Shown piece after piece: positions 38,684-51,900 of a stretch of DNA of 64,000 nucleotides. The stretch comes from Camelus dromedarius (Eukaryota), in assembly GCF_036321535.1 (NCBI RefSeq), contig NC_087437.1, forward strand, positions 54,066,001 to 54,130,000. Reading direction: 5' to 3'. Within the stretch, counting starts at the first letter, position 1. Each line of letters begins with the position of its first letter. Made by a program: the position numbers and the translations under genes. Under the pieces are notes generated by a model. It searched no databases. It was not told where the DNA came from and saw only the letters and a program-made list of their open reading frames with translations.

Positions 38684-38931
38684 AGAGCGCCATCATCTTT
38701 CGATTTCTACAGGTCCTCCTTCCCAGGAAAAATGTTTAGGCAACACTGGGACCCACAGATTCCAGTTAACTGACGATCAGAGCACAGCAGTTACATATTT
38801 ATTTGTGTACCCCTACTGAACCCCAGCCCCATCCCTGCCCCCAGAAGGCTTCATGCTGAACCTTTAAACCTGTACCCACTTCTTATTTTATGAACCCTCA
38901 TACATTTAAGTGGGAATTTCAGGTTCTAAAC

Positions 38932-39123
38932 CAGTGCTGTTCAATAGAAATTTCTGCCAATATGTTCCATATCCACACAGTACAACATGGTAACCAGCAG
39001 CCACTAAGTACTTGATATGTGGCTGGTGCGACTGAGCAACTGAATTTTAAATTTTATTTTAATTAATATAAATTTAAATAGCCGCATATGGATGGCTAAC
39101 AGCTAACATATTGGACAGTGCAG
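38932..39123. mobile_element. MER3 hAT-Charlie DNA transposon
   Basis: TIRs cagtgctgttcaatag ... atattggacagtgcag, internal gactgagcaactgaattttaaattttatttt. Confidence 0.8.
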
Positions 39124-39517
39124 CTCTGAATAACTCCAGGCAAGTGGACTTGAGCACCAGAGTTAAAAACGGAGCCTTTCAGAATGGTGGCAGCAGGCTC
39201 TCCAGGGTAGGACCTGATGATGACACACTGAATATTGAATGAAGATGAGCTGGGTGGGGCCACCGCCCTACTGAAGTGGAACCACGGCAGGAAGATCAGA
39301 GCATGAGAATGAGGCAGGGACAGACAGGACCTAACGGGGTCCTAATGGGATACGGGATAGGGAAATGAAGCAAAAGGAGGGGTAGACATGGAGGTGGAGG
39401 CGGTGGTGGAGTTGGAGGAGGTGGAGGGAGAAGATACTCCTGTGAGTTAAGTACTGACACCTGGAGAGATTTATGTCTTCTTTAGACCCTTCTCTCATCC
39501 CCTCAGTCACTGTACAT

Positions 39518-39523
39518 TTTAAT
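39518..39523 (-). terminator. RTP2: Candidate RTP2 polyadenylation signal ATTAAA
   Basis: tttaat on + strand about 180 nt after the stop codon. An alternative AATAAA lies at 38798-38803. Confidence 0.45.
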
Positions 39524-39705
39524 GGGAGGATCGTTAAATATCTCCTAGAGCAACCCTCTCCTTCTGCAGAGTAATAAGCTGAGGTCCAGAGAGGTAACTG
39601 GGTTGTCCAGCATTGTGTATTGAATCTGTAGCAGAATCGGGACCAGAACCGCATCTGCCACACTTTCACGCCCACGCACCCTCCTCCCACCCGCAAACAA
39701 CTCCA

Positions 39706-40213
39706 CTAAAGGAAGGCAGAGCTTCGGAAAGAGAACTGCAGATAGACAATGAGCAGGCAGAGGGAGGCCCAGAAGAGGCACCAGCGAAGGGAGAAGAAGT
39801 TGTAGCCCAAGGCCTCCTGGGCCCTTGACTTGGAGGCACCCGAGAAGGTCGCCTCCTCCTCCAGCAGCTTCTCGCTGGGCTTCCAGTGCACGATGCCCTC
39901 CTGGCAGGCCTCGCAGAACTCGCTGCGGTGCGGCCCGCTGTCCGGGCGGGTGGCCACGAGGATGCGGTACTGGCCGCCGTCCTCATCGTAGCACTGCTCG
40001 CGCAGACTGGTGATGAGGTTGTCCACCAGGCTCTCGATGTTCTCCTCCAGCATGCTCGACTCGTCCAGCCGCGCCGTGCCGCACTCGTAGCACAGCTGCT
40101 TGAAGACGCGCATGCGCACCGAGCCCGCCCGCTGGGCGCGGTCCAGGTGCATGTGGAAGAGGATGACCACGTTGGCCGACTGCCAGGTGTGCCAGCACCA
40201 GGTGCAGTGGAAC
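39706..40213 (-). CDS. RTP2: Receptor-transporting protein 2, coding exon 2 (3CxxC zinc-finger region and C-terminal transmembrane helix)
   Basis: (R)FHCTWCWHTWQSANVVILFHMHLDRAQRAGSVRMRVFKQLCYECG...PHRSEFCEACQEG...WCLFWASLCLLIVYLQFSFRSSAFL*. Acceptor ctgcag|G at 40214/40213. TAG at 39708-39706. Confidence 0.97.
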
Positions 40214-43002
40214 CTGCAGGGAAGGAAGGCAGGGATGTAGACGGTGGGCCTCCCTCCCAGCGACAGCCTGCCTAGAGGAGCCTAGAAAGGAAGGGCCCTG
40301 TGTGCCTGTGCCTGGAAGTTGAGGCGGGATGTTTACCGCCTCCTGGGTTCACTGGTGCCAAAGCCGGCATCTCTGCCTCCTCCTAGGGAGCTCCCCTGGG
40401 CCTGGAGCAGCATCCTCAAGAGCCAGATGCTGGAGCAATCTGGCTTCCAGCAGTGCTCTCCAGTTTGCCTCCTGCGCGCTTTCTCGTGGCCGCGGCCCTC
40501 CCCAAACCTGATGCACTCAGGACAAGGGTCTGGACGCTGCATGGGGGTCACTCCCCCAATCTGGGCCTTATTTCTCTTCAGTGAAATGCAGGGTAATCGT
40601 GTCCGATAAGGATCCTTCCTCTCAGACCTCCCATGACTCTGATACAGGGGATGACCACAAGTCTCACTCTTGCACCCTGTCTGTTCTGGGGCGAAGAGAT
40701 GCCTCTAGCTGTCCCAAGCACATAGACCACTGAGGATAACCCAGAGAATAACCCCCGAGAATCCACCGGATGGACAAGTGGATGGGCGATGGGCCATCAG
40801 GAGGAGGACTGCAGAGTTTGGTCCCTGCACCTTCACAAAGAACACTCCCCTGCCCCTTGACAAATCATCCCTAGACCCCACTCCAGCCCCGCAGCAGAAA
40901 CTAGAAAGGTGGATCCGGGTCTGCAGCCCCTCCACACACATATGTACACGTGCACTTACATACTCACAGGCTGCTTTGTCTCACCTGGGCCCCCTAGAGA
41001 CCCAGCCTCAGGAAACACGGAGGGAAGTGGCCTGGGACTTATCTCAGCCTCCATCCTCTGTTAATGACAGAGAACTCATTACCTCCAGGGCAGCTCCTTC
41101 CATCCTTGAGATAAACTTCTTCCAGGTGCCTGTTACCAAGGTTTTAAGGCAGTCCAGGGTCCACTGGGTTGAGTCTGCCTTCACTGCTGACCCTCCCTGG
41201 GACACCTGTCATGGCCCTGAAGGATCTCGGATGAGGATTTCAATTAAATCCAATAGATACCACCCAGCGCCTACTGTATGCCAAACATCACGCAGCCCAG
41301 CCTGTGGGGTGGAGATGAACCCTGGGCAACAAAAGCGCAGAACAGTACTCAGCACAGCCCAAGGCAGGGTTGCTCAGCCAGAGCAGCCTGATTGGTCCTG
41401 AGCCAGAAGATGGTGTCCCCTGATGGTGGGCCAGAGCTGCAGGGCACCATGCATCCCATGGCTTACAGATGAGGTAAGCCTCTGCATAGAATATGCACAA
41501 GGGTGGTGCTTCCCCAGTCCTGCCTGATTCCAACTGGGAGCCACAGGTCACCTGCCAAGAATAGGACCATCTGAGCCCTAAGGCAAGAGGAGTCACAAGC
41601 CTGTGGAGCTCAGCCCCCCCAATCCCTGGGCCCCTGCACCTCTCCCACCAGCCAGCACAGAGCTTCACATCGGCAGTCTCGTCCTTCTCCATCTTTTAAT
41701 CAAGCCAATCCAGAGTTGTTTCCCCTCCCTCAAGCCAGACCTCAGATCTTAAATCCTAAACCACCAGATCTAGTGGGAGGGGATCTTAGGATCATCTAGT
41801 CAGCCTTTCATTCTACTGAGATGAGACAGAAGCACAGAGAGAAAGAGAGCTCTCTGCACACACACAGCTAGTCAGAGACAGAGCTGGGACCCAGCACAGA
41901 ACAGATGCCCAAGAGATGTCTCTTGAATGGATTTGAATTGAAATGAATCAACCAACCTCTGTCTCTCTGTCTTTTGTCCCAAAGGCAGCTTCAATCTAAT
42001 ATTTGCAGATCTTGGGACAAGAGTACAATGTAAACTCCCCACCCACAGCCTGCCTCCTTCAGGACCCGCCCCCAGCACCGCGAGCAGGTGTGAACAGCCC
42101 AGTCTGTGTGTCCACACCCCCAGGACACAGCCACCTGTTTTCCTCCCTAGGGGCCTAGAGTTACTGTCTGTTCTTGAATTAACGGAGCCAGGGAATAGGC
42201 CTGCACAGACCCTGGACATGAGCTTGAGGCAGCTTGGGCAGGGCATTCTGTGGCCTCAATCCCAAACCACGGTCTAAAAAAGGGAGAGGCATGTGGCTTC
42301 AGATGGCCATGTCCTCTTGACCTCAAGGACTCTGCTGTATGACAGACATGTGGCTGCTATAATGTATGAGATGCTGGGCCCTAAGGACCTTTGGAACTCC
42401 TGGCCAAAGCTAAGTCTTTTTGTCACAGACCCATAGGTAAAAGGGACTTGAGGGATCACCTAAGGCCAACTCCCTGACTTTGCAAAACTTAGACCACAGA
42501 AGGAAAAGGACTCGCCCAAATTCACAGTGGTGGTTAGCTGGGAAGCCAGTTTCCAGAACGTAGCAGGTGGACAATAAAGTTTTTTTGTACTCAAATCTAA
42601 TTGTACTGAGTTCACTGAACAGACCTTGGAGCAGAGCTAAGACTTTCCCTAGTAGATCTCATGGCCTCAGTCCCTACCAATCTTTAAGAAGTTACAAAAA
42701 GATAAAAACATTGAAAATGTCAGAGATTGCAGGGGCATTGAAGAATTACAACTCTTTGTTTACTGTGGCAAGCCAAGACCCAAAGACAGAACATGACTTG
42801 CCAGGATCATCCAGGAGTCAGTAGTACAGCCGGGATTAGGACCCAGGCCTGTTCCACCCACCTGGCAGTTCCTTCTCTGCCTCCTAACCTGAGCTGACCC
42901 CAGCGTCGGGCTCCAGGTATCTCTGCCTGCCCTTGGAAGCTGTCCCGGGGGCTGTGCTGCAGGGCTGCCCGTAGCACCCACCCCCCCCACCCCACCTCTC
43001 AC

Positions 43003-43166
43003 CTGCCCGAGGCGTGCTGCTCCAGGTACTGCTTCCAGCCGGGGGCCAGCTCATTGGGCTTGAGGTTGGGGTCTATGATGAGTTCCCAGCTGTCAGCTGG
43101 CTTTGCCACCTCCATCTTCTCATAGAAGACTTTTTTCCACTCGCAAGTGGTCAGGCTGGTACACAT
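43003..43166 (-). CDS. RTP2: Receptor-transporting protein 2, coding exon 1 (absent from the ORF track)
   Basis: ATG at 43166 gives MCTSLTTCEWKKVFYEKMEVAKPADSWELIIDPNLKPNELAPGWKQYLEQHASG-AG|gtgag. 164 nt + 508 nt = 672 nt = 223 aa plus stop. Confidence 0.97.
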
Positions 43167-46100
43167 GGTCCTGCTGGCAAGGCTGGAAGTTTGGACTCAA
43201 CCCAAGGGAGGACACAGGATGGTCGGGTAGGGGCAGAGCAGCACAGTGTCTGAGGTCTGAAAATCCACACTGACAGGACCAGAAGGAAACAGGACCCAGC
43301 AACCTCCTTCGTCACCCTGGAACCTGTTACCATGGCAGCTGGGGCTGGGACTGGGGAAGAGGGAAGTCCCAAAGGAGTGTGCCAGGGCCCCGAGCTAGGC
43401 TAGGGAGGTAAGGCTGGGCGGTGACACTAAGAGCAGTGAGTGAGGTGGGAGACGCAGTCCCAGACCACACTCACCAGGCCCGCGGGGGTCTCCAGGAGGC
43501 AAGGACGATTTCATGGTCCTGTTTCACCCCTGCTGCTCTTCCAAGCATTCTCCACATCACGTGCGATGGTAACTGTGATACCCTAGGGGGCCAGGGAGAA
43601 GCAGGGGCAAGGAAATGCGGGGCTCCCACACCCCATGATGAGCTGGACCACCATTTACCATGTGCCAAGCACTAGCTGCGTGACTTGTGTGTTGGCAAGT
43701 CAGGGATTCTTTCCCCTTTCATCCAGATCAGGAAGCTGAGGTTTACACACTAAACTCTAAGTGACTCATCCAAGATTCAGATGCAGGTCTTCTGAAACCA
43801 AGAACTTGTGTTCATTTGCTGCAGTACCACTGAGCTCCTGACACATAAGGATTGAGAGAGAAATACCACGTGGTCCCTTTGAGATCACAGACCAGGTGGT
43901 GCAATAAAGTAACTTCAGGTGATGTGAGAAACACAGTGATAACCTTTCAGATCCATAAAGTCATGCAATTGTTAAAGCTCATATTTGGTTCCTGGTCCCA
44001 GGCAGCTGCTGGGGGAACACGGTCCTGAGCTGCAGTCTCCTGCCACCTGCGCTGCTGCTAAGAGGCCTGGCGACAGGGCACCACAGCTCCCTGATGCCCA
44101 ATTTAAATATTTTAGACACTAGAAGGGAACTTGGCTCCAAATTTGCATAATCCAAATGGAGGTACAGTCACCGGAGAGAGGCAGCCTCAACCAGCAGGGA
44201 AAAGACCAGGCTATTCGACAGCCAACTGCAGCTTTGCCCCAAGGTCTGCGTGATCTTAGAATCCAATCATTCCCCATAGAGGAACTCCGTCTTCTCACCC
44301 CCACAGGGGAGGCGTACTAGCTAACATCTAAGCTGTAATCATCTTATGGTTCTTTCACCTGGAAATCAGATCACAGCGCGAAGAGAATGCAGAATTGAAA
44401 AGAGTTGCTGGGAACCAGAAGGAGAGCTTTCAGTGCTGAGTTCCAGACTCGACCGGCCGTTGCCTCCAAGTGGTGATCGCATGGGATGGGGTCAGGGACA
44501 CCACCACCACAACCCCTCCTGCAGTGGGGAGTGGGGAAGTGTTCTCCGCCAGCTGTGTGCTGAAGACCTCGGAAAGGACAAGACTGTGTCTCAGAGCCCC
44601 TCACTGAGAGCTATAGAAGGGCCTTTTATTTTTCAAATTTGATTTCTTCCTTGAACTCACCATCTCTTAACTGAAATCTCTTGACACTGAATTAAGACAA
44701 CTCAGGCCCAGAAGTGGGAAATTCCTTGGCCAAGAAAATGCCTGGCCTCAGGACTGGGCTGCTCACACCTCACGGGGCCCTCTCAGAAGTCAGTTACCAG
44801 CCAGGTGAGATGGGGGGACCCAGGAGTTCCCAGAAATTGAATGAATCAAGGTGTTTATGGCCCAGCCTAAAGCCACATGCCAGGAGTGATTCTCTGGAAA
44901 ATATTGTGTCATTGTTCCCAGAACAAATGACAATGAAGGAAAAACAAGAAGATAGAGGGTGAGAATTGTCAGGGTCTGTTTTTACTCAAATGATGCAATC
45001 CCCTTAAGCCTAGAATCAGGCTTAATTTATGTGGGAACCCTCTAAGCAGAGACCAATATAAGTCATCTTTCTGTACAGCTGCCTTGTTTTCTCTCATTAA
45101 GAAATGCTTGTGAAGCAATCAGTGAACACAATTGTCACCTCACTTTTCTGCAAATGACAGTGGGTGGCTCCAGCAGCTGCAGTGTGGGAGCTCACTAGTG
45201 TGTAAATGTGCTGTAGCTGTGGCCACATCACACACTGGCAGTTTCATTATACGTGGCTGCGATTTTTCTCACCTAGATAATACTTTTATAAGTAAATGAA
45301 CTTGTATTCCTTTATAGAATTAAATACTATGCACTTGTATCTCACAAACAAAATTGGCAAGGGAAATCATTGGCAAAGACTTCGAGGATGAAATAATTTA
45401 GAATCATTCTTGAAATTCCATCATTTAGTACATCTGGATCACAGGGGAGAGTGGTAAAGGTTGAGGCCTGAGAGATATGAGGGACCTGGATTATGAAAGA
45501 TTTTTCAATGTCGTGCAAAGCATTAAGATTTTGTCTTCTAGGGGATGTGGAATCACAGAATTGGTTTAAGCTAGGTGATCAGCTTTGTAGGTCAATAACA
45601 GGCCAGTTAAGGGCATTGCTTTCTCTTCCTTTCCCCAGGAATTGGCCGGTGCTCTGCAGTGCTGCTCCCAGGATACTCTAGCTCTGGGAGTCTAATCTGT
45701 CTAGCCTCTTGCAAATCCAGACCCCTCTGCAGGGGGGATTGGAAGAACCTTCACTCTATCATCCAGAACAACTCTGTAGAAGGTTTTGCTCTGCCAAGTG
45801 AGACCTACTGGACTTAGCGTCATGAGAAAATGGAGAAATAAATAGTTTATATAGGAAAGCAATTAATACTCAGAATCTGAATATTAAATGTTTTTATTTA
45901 GCTTGTATTGTTAATAAAGCTTCTATGGACTATTTTCTACAATGAAGGTCCATGTGAATAAGAAACCCTTATAAGTTTGCTTTGGTACATGAGCATTTGT
46001 CAGACGAACACAGATACCCACAGGATATAGCCATCAAATTGCCTAACATCTCCTATCTTGTTTTTAAAAGATGATATAGGAGGACAGGGAAATCTTAATG

Positions 46101-46529
46101 TGGATTGATGCCAGTAAGCATGGGAAAGAGGGAATTTGAAAATAACTTATACTAGAGAGTAAATTCTGTAAGGATGAAGTAGACAAAGCAGGTGCAAAAG
46201 TCATTATGGTTACTTAATCTGTCTTGGTCCCTGCAAGGCAATTAAGCAAAGTCCACAAAGGTGAAGAGACGCTGAGGTTCAGTGCAGAATGGTTTCAATG
46301 TCCAAGGGGACCTATTGATGGAAACTTGTCAGAGTACACCACCAAACTCATGGGTAGCTGCAGTTTCCACATGGGAGTCCAGGTCATTCTTCCAAGAGAC
46401 TTTATATGATGCAAGATACAGGAGAAGCTGCAACCGAGTCCTTGAGACATCAGGAACTGGGAAAGGAAACAACAGGCTATTTCTTCATTTTAAAGCCTAG
46501 TTGGGAGGAAAGTCCTAGTAAACCTTAAT

Positions 46530-46780
46530 TATAATAAAAGTTAACAGTGACAAAGTGCTTAATTTGCACGATGAGCTTTTCTAAGGGCTTTACATGTGTT
46601 AATTCATTTACACACACAAGAACTATATGAGGTCGATACTATAATTATTATCCCCATTTTACATATGATTAAATTGAGACAACAAAAGGCTAAGTAATTT
46701 AGGCACATAATTAATAAGTGACAGTTCCGGGATCTGGACCCAAACAGACTGGCTCACTATGTACTTTTACCCACTAAGCC
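46530..46780 (-). mobile_element. MIR SINE
   Basis: ctttacatgtgttaattcattta...aactatatgagg...attatccccattttacatatgattaaattgag...ggatctggacccaaacagactggctc. Confidence 0.75.
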
Positions 46781-48199
46781 TTTCCCTATGCCCAGTTTTA
46801 AAAGAATAAACTTGTAAAAGGTCAAGCAATACAGAAATAAATGAATGAACAAAAGTTCCACATTCTCTTCTCCCCACCTTCCCCAGCCCTTCATTTTTTT
46901 AATCAAGTTCTTATTGGTAAAAATTTAGAATTTATAGAACGTATTTAATTTAAAATGGATCATAGTGTTTTATAGTACCTATGATGTCTCATGATGTAAA
47001 GCATTGTTTCCAGTTTGGTACATAATGTCTGTGAGACACAGAGCCTTGTTCGTGAGCCTGTGTTATGCTCACTCAGTGCCCCATCTGACGCCAGCATCAG
47101 CATCTCGGCTGCAACATCTCCTTGGGGCTTGCGCAAGCTACTGCACACACAGTGACGTCATTACAACACTGCCTCTGTGTGAAAAATGACACAAGGAGGA
47201 AGCTTTATTAAAGACTGCAAAAGTGATTAATTTGTGATATGAGGCCATAATTTGGTAACTGATGATTCTCTCCATGATTCTAGTAAAGTCAGAAAGCCTT
47301 TGTAAATATTTCTGAGTTTTCAACCTGAGAATTCCTGGAAGTTCAGGCAAATTGTCTCTGGCAATGTGAACGGTCTACCCTTGGCATAAAGCTCTCTATG
47401 GAGAGCCAGGAGACCTTGCTTCTTATCTCAAACTTGTAATAACCCCGAATCAATCACTTTCATTCCTGAGCATCGATTTTCTGTTTCCAAAGGTCAAAAG
47501 TACTCCCCTCCCCAGCCCTATTCACTGCTGAGAATTTGGTGGCTAGAGGCACCATGGAAAGCGAAGTGCTGTCACCAGCCCTAATAACAGATGTCCATCC
47601 TTGTAACTTCGAGCATCTCTGTCCTTGTTTTGGTGTGCTTTTGTTTCTGGTGGCCCACACCTTCTTCTGGCTTTGTCTGTACTTATGGACTCAAGGGAAT
47701 CTCAGCATTGTCCAGAGCAGGGTCTGTTTCTTAATCCATTAGTAAACAGTCAGTGACTCCCTGCTAGTGCAGAGTGTCAGGTGAGGCTCTGAGGCTAGCG
47801 GGATGACCAAAACACAGCCCCGCCTCCTGGATTCAGTCTGAGGCAGCAGAGTGTTGCCTTTGTTCTGGGCTTTGAAATAACCACACTTCCACTGCAATGA
47901 CATCCTATCTGTGAACCTTTGGCTCTCTTGCTAAAATAAACTCCTGCTCTCTTCTTCTTTGACCTGTGAATTGTTTTAAGGGTGGTTGTTTTTTCTCCTT
48001 TACAGACAAATGGAATTTTCCCAGTTTCCTTTTCACTATCGATTTTGAACTTAATTGCACTGTTTTGCAAGAATGTGGTCAGTTTGGTACCAAACCTTTG
48101 ACATTTTCTGAGGCTACTGTTGTTCTTCCTTTATTCAACTCTTCTCTATTTAGTTTTTAAAAATTTGTCTTAAATATATTCAGAAAGCTAATATAACAT

Positions 48200-48420
48200 T
48201 AGAATTAAAACCTGAAACTCTTAACGCCAGATCTGGATTTTAATCCCAGTTCGGCCAGTTACTTGCTGAGTAAAATTGGATGATTATCTGTCTCCACGTC
48301 TGTAAAGCAGGGATAGTAACAGGGACCATTGCAATGAGTTACTGAGAGGATCAATGAGCTCATACTTGTACAGAGCTGAAGACAATTCCTGGCCCACAGT
48401 GAATGCTCAATAAATGTTAT
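48200..48420 (+). mobile_element. MIR SINE
   Basis: ttaatcccagttcggccagttacttgctg...tctgtaaagcagggatagtaacag...tcctggcccacagtgaatgctcaataaatgtt. Confidence 0.75.
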
Positions 48421-48474
48421 TTATAATTATTATTCCATTATATTATAAAGCTTTTATTATATTTTATTTATGGA

Positions 48475-48670
48475 ACACCCACAAAATGACAAAACCATAC
48501 AGATGGAAGACAGATTAGGGGTTGCCAGGGGTTAGAGATGAAGGGGACAAGTGGGTATAACTATGGAGGGTTAGCCTGAAGGAGCTTTGTGGTGATGACA
48601 CAGTTGTGTATGTTGATTGTGGTGGTGACCATAAATCCACACAGGAGATAAAACTGTATAGAGATACACA

Positions 48671-48710
<40 letters not shown>

Positions 48711-48910
48711 AACACACAAATGAGTACAGGTGAAATCTGAATGAGATCTCTGGGTTATACCAACTGTGACACCTTCCTGGCTTTGATGTTGTGCTGTTGT
48801 TACATAATATGTTCTCACTGGGGGATTCTGGGAGAAAGGGACACAAGACTATTCTCTGTACTATTTTTGTGACTTCCTGTGAATCTATAATTTAAAAGTA
48901 AAAAGTTTTT
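48475..48910 (+). mobile_element. Ancient L1MC/L1MD 3' end containing a (CA)n microsatellite (48666-48718)
   Basis: gatggaagacagattaggggttgccagggg...ttgattgtggtggtg...cactggggga...tctgtactatttttgtgacttcctgtgaatctataatt. Confidence 0.75.
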
Positions 48911-51900
48911 TTTAAAAGATCCTAAAACAATTTGGATATTCAATAAATATTATTCCGTATTATTATTTTTGTCATAGCTGTTTTCAGATTTTTCTGCATT
49001 TAACCTATATTAATTTCAAAATGAAATACACAGCAACAAGTGCTAGTTTTGAAAAGAAAGATGGTGCCTCAGTAAAGATATGAAACTGCTAAATACATAA
49101 GAACTCTGAGCTTTGTGTGAACTGTAAATAAGTGAGAGTTTTTGTAAGCCCTTCTTGAATCGTGAAAATATTAGACGAATGTTAGGGAAGCCTCAAAGCC
49201 CAGATGTGTGAATGTTGGTCTGCTGGGTACAGGGAACACTGGCAGCACCAGATGAGAAAGGGCTGGCCTCCAGCACTCAGAACTCTGTGGTCCAAATGCC
49301 TGATTTCTATTCTCAGGACACCTCCAGCGGGAGGAATCATCCATCTCTGTCTCCCAGCTACATAGCCTGGAAAAGCCAGAGTCATGGTTTCTCCATGCCT
49401 GGGACACCATCCTGGGCAATCTTTTCATTTATAGCCAGAAACTGAGGACCACGGAGACGACTCTTCCTGACCAAGGCCAGTGACCCTGAGCCAAAGCCAG
49501 AGCTGTTTGTCCTGGATCTCACTGGCCGAGCCCGGGTCAGTAGGGGTTAGATGATGTCCTCCACCCACAGCTTCCCAGGGTCACTGAATATAAACAGGGG
49601 AGCAAAGCTTAGGGCCTCCACCAGGCCCTCAGCATCGAAGGGGAGGAATGAGGTAGCCATCTGGTACCGGGCACCTGAGTTCAGGGCAACACTCTGACAT
49701 GGGGGGCGAGCCCCACAGCATGCCTGGTGGCTTCCTCTCTGTCTCCATTCAGAATTTGTGATTTAAATCTGAAGAGAATTGCAGTTCTGAGACCCTGAAC
49801 TCTGTCCTCAGCCTGCGTTGTGCAGTTGGAAGAGCCGTGCACTAGGGCGTGTGAAGGTAGTGTGATGATGTGAGCTTAACTTTTAATCCACCTGCCCACA
49901 CACGAAGGTGCTGCTGGAGGGAGCTGAGCCCCTGATCGCCAGTCAGAAGCAGAGGTTCGTTCCCAGCCTGCCACTCCCTCCTCATGTGTTCTCCTTTCTG
50001 AACCTCAGATTCTTCATCTGCCCGATGGGGTTCTTTCCTCCCTGACTGGCAAGGTCATGGTGAGGATTAAGTGAGCACTTGGAAATGACAGCCCCCGGTG
50101 ATCGCTAAAGTTAGTTATACTTACTAATCCTCCCATAAGCCTCTGCCTCACTCCAGGGTTCTGCCAGGGATTGGTTTCTTTCGCCTGAGAATTGGCACAT
50201 GACTCCCTCATTTCCAAGGAGAACTGCAACCCGAGACTCGAATGACTTTCTCAGTGGAAATCGACACACCCAGGTAGGTCTCTGAAGGAGAGGTTTGGTG
50301 GCCAGAGGACCTCAAATCACATCCTGTAACCGATTCTGTTGGATGGCTTTGCTGAGATGAAGAAGAGGTTTGCAGGAAGGGAACAGGCAAAAAGGCATAG
50401 GAGGCCAACTGGAAAAAATGGCACTGACTCCATCTACACCTTCCTACTTTTCAAGAAGAGGTACCTGTGGCCTTCACGGCTTGGCCTACCCTGCCACCTG
50501 GTGGTTGTTTGCTAGACTGCACTGGAATAACTGTCTTAAAATCCAGGCGTCAGGAGAGCTCGAAAAACGACTGGAACCCTTAATGACACACTCACTCTCT
50601 CACTCCACCATTCAACAAACCTGTACAGATGCTCACAGTTTTCCAGGAGGAGGAAACTCATGGATGGATGGTTTTTAAAGAGTTTCCAGGGTTGGGGGAG
50701 AGTAGGAGGAAAAAGACATGCTAAGCAGGGGGCGTGGTGTAGTCAAAGACGCTGCTGTGTTTGGGAAATGAATTTCTCCATGTGGCTGAAGGATAGGGAG
50801 CTCCAGGTAGGAACAGTGGGAGATGAGGGATAGTCCCACCCTCAGAAAATGATGTGTGTGAAACCCCAAGCCAGGTGGGCTGGGAAAAAAGAGATGGACA
50901 CCAGCCGCCCCTCGAATCAGCTCAGTTTAGGGCTACGGGAGCTGCCCAGCTCTACACAAAATGGCCCCAGACTTGCGTGATCATGCCCTTCTCTCTTGAT
51001 ATTCATAGCAGACCCGTACTCCTGACCTCTCCCCACGGTCGAAACCAGTTTCTAAATGGGATGGGGTCTTAGAACATCTCAAGCTTGAGAGGGACCTTAG
51101 AGTCATTTAGCCTAACTGTCACCCCAAGTCAACACTGATTCCAACTCACTGTGCATCTTCTGCTTAATCACCTGAGGGATGAGCCCAGCAGCCGACCCAA
51201 AGCCCATTCCTTCCTTAGACATCAACGGAAATCTTTCATTCTATCCAGCTCAGCTTTGCCCAATTCTTCCCATTGGCCCAAGTTTTGCTCCCCTAGGGTC
51301 ATACCAAAGAAGTGATTCCATATAGGATGACATATGAAGAAAACAATCACTTAGAGTGCAGAAAACTGGCTTAGGTATTTGGAGAGCTGTGTGCTAATCC
51401 TTCTAGAAACTTTGCTTAATGTCACTTGGCTTCCTTTTATGTATGATGAAGGGGCTGGATTAGAGTAAGAGATTCTCACCTCTGGCTGCACGAGTGTCAC
51501 CGGGGGAGCAGGCAGAAGTACTTCTAAATGCTCCTGTGGCAGAGAGCTGCAGGGTCAGACCATCACCAGGGTGAGCGCAAAACTCCATGACTTTTCAAAA
51601 CACCAGTAACTATAATGGCGCCCTGTTCTTGTTCAGGGGCTTTTATCAAACCTGTAATGGTGCTTGGTGATTCTTATTCCACAGAGAAGTACGTGGATCT
51701 AGACTTTTCTCCATTCCACATGATGAAAGCGGGGTTGCTTGTCGAGCATAGATAATTTGCCCCCAGTGCTCTTCTGAGGGGAGACCCACCATTGATAAGA
51801 AAGACACAGCTAGTTAAAGGGTTTGGAAAGAGCTGAGGCTCTGCGTGGCAGTGTGACCTCGCTTCTTCATCTGGGAGGGGTCAAGCAAATCCCCCTCAGT

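Noticed and set aside
39706..40170. ORF-track start MVILFH... as the RTP2 N-terminus, or a call of RTP1
   Set aside because: The start is an internal GTG, and the real ATG is in the upstream exon at 43166. The N-terminus MCTSLTTCEW, the PDSGPH motif and the position between SST and BCL6 identify RTP2.
39886..40275. 129-aa antisense ORF over RTP2 exon 2
   Set aside because: Expected shadow ORF of GC3-rich coding sequence, with no independent evidence.
40778..41401. 207-aa plus-strand ORF in the RTP2 intron (longest in the track)
   Set aside because: Begins at a GTG, has no recognisable homology or domain, and is compatible with chance in GC-rich DNA. An antisense lncRNA cannot be supported from sequence alone.
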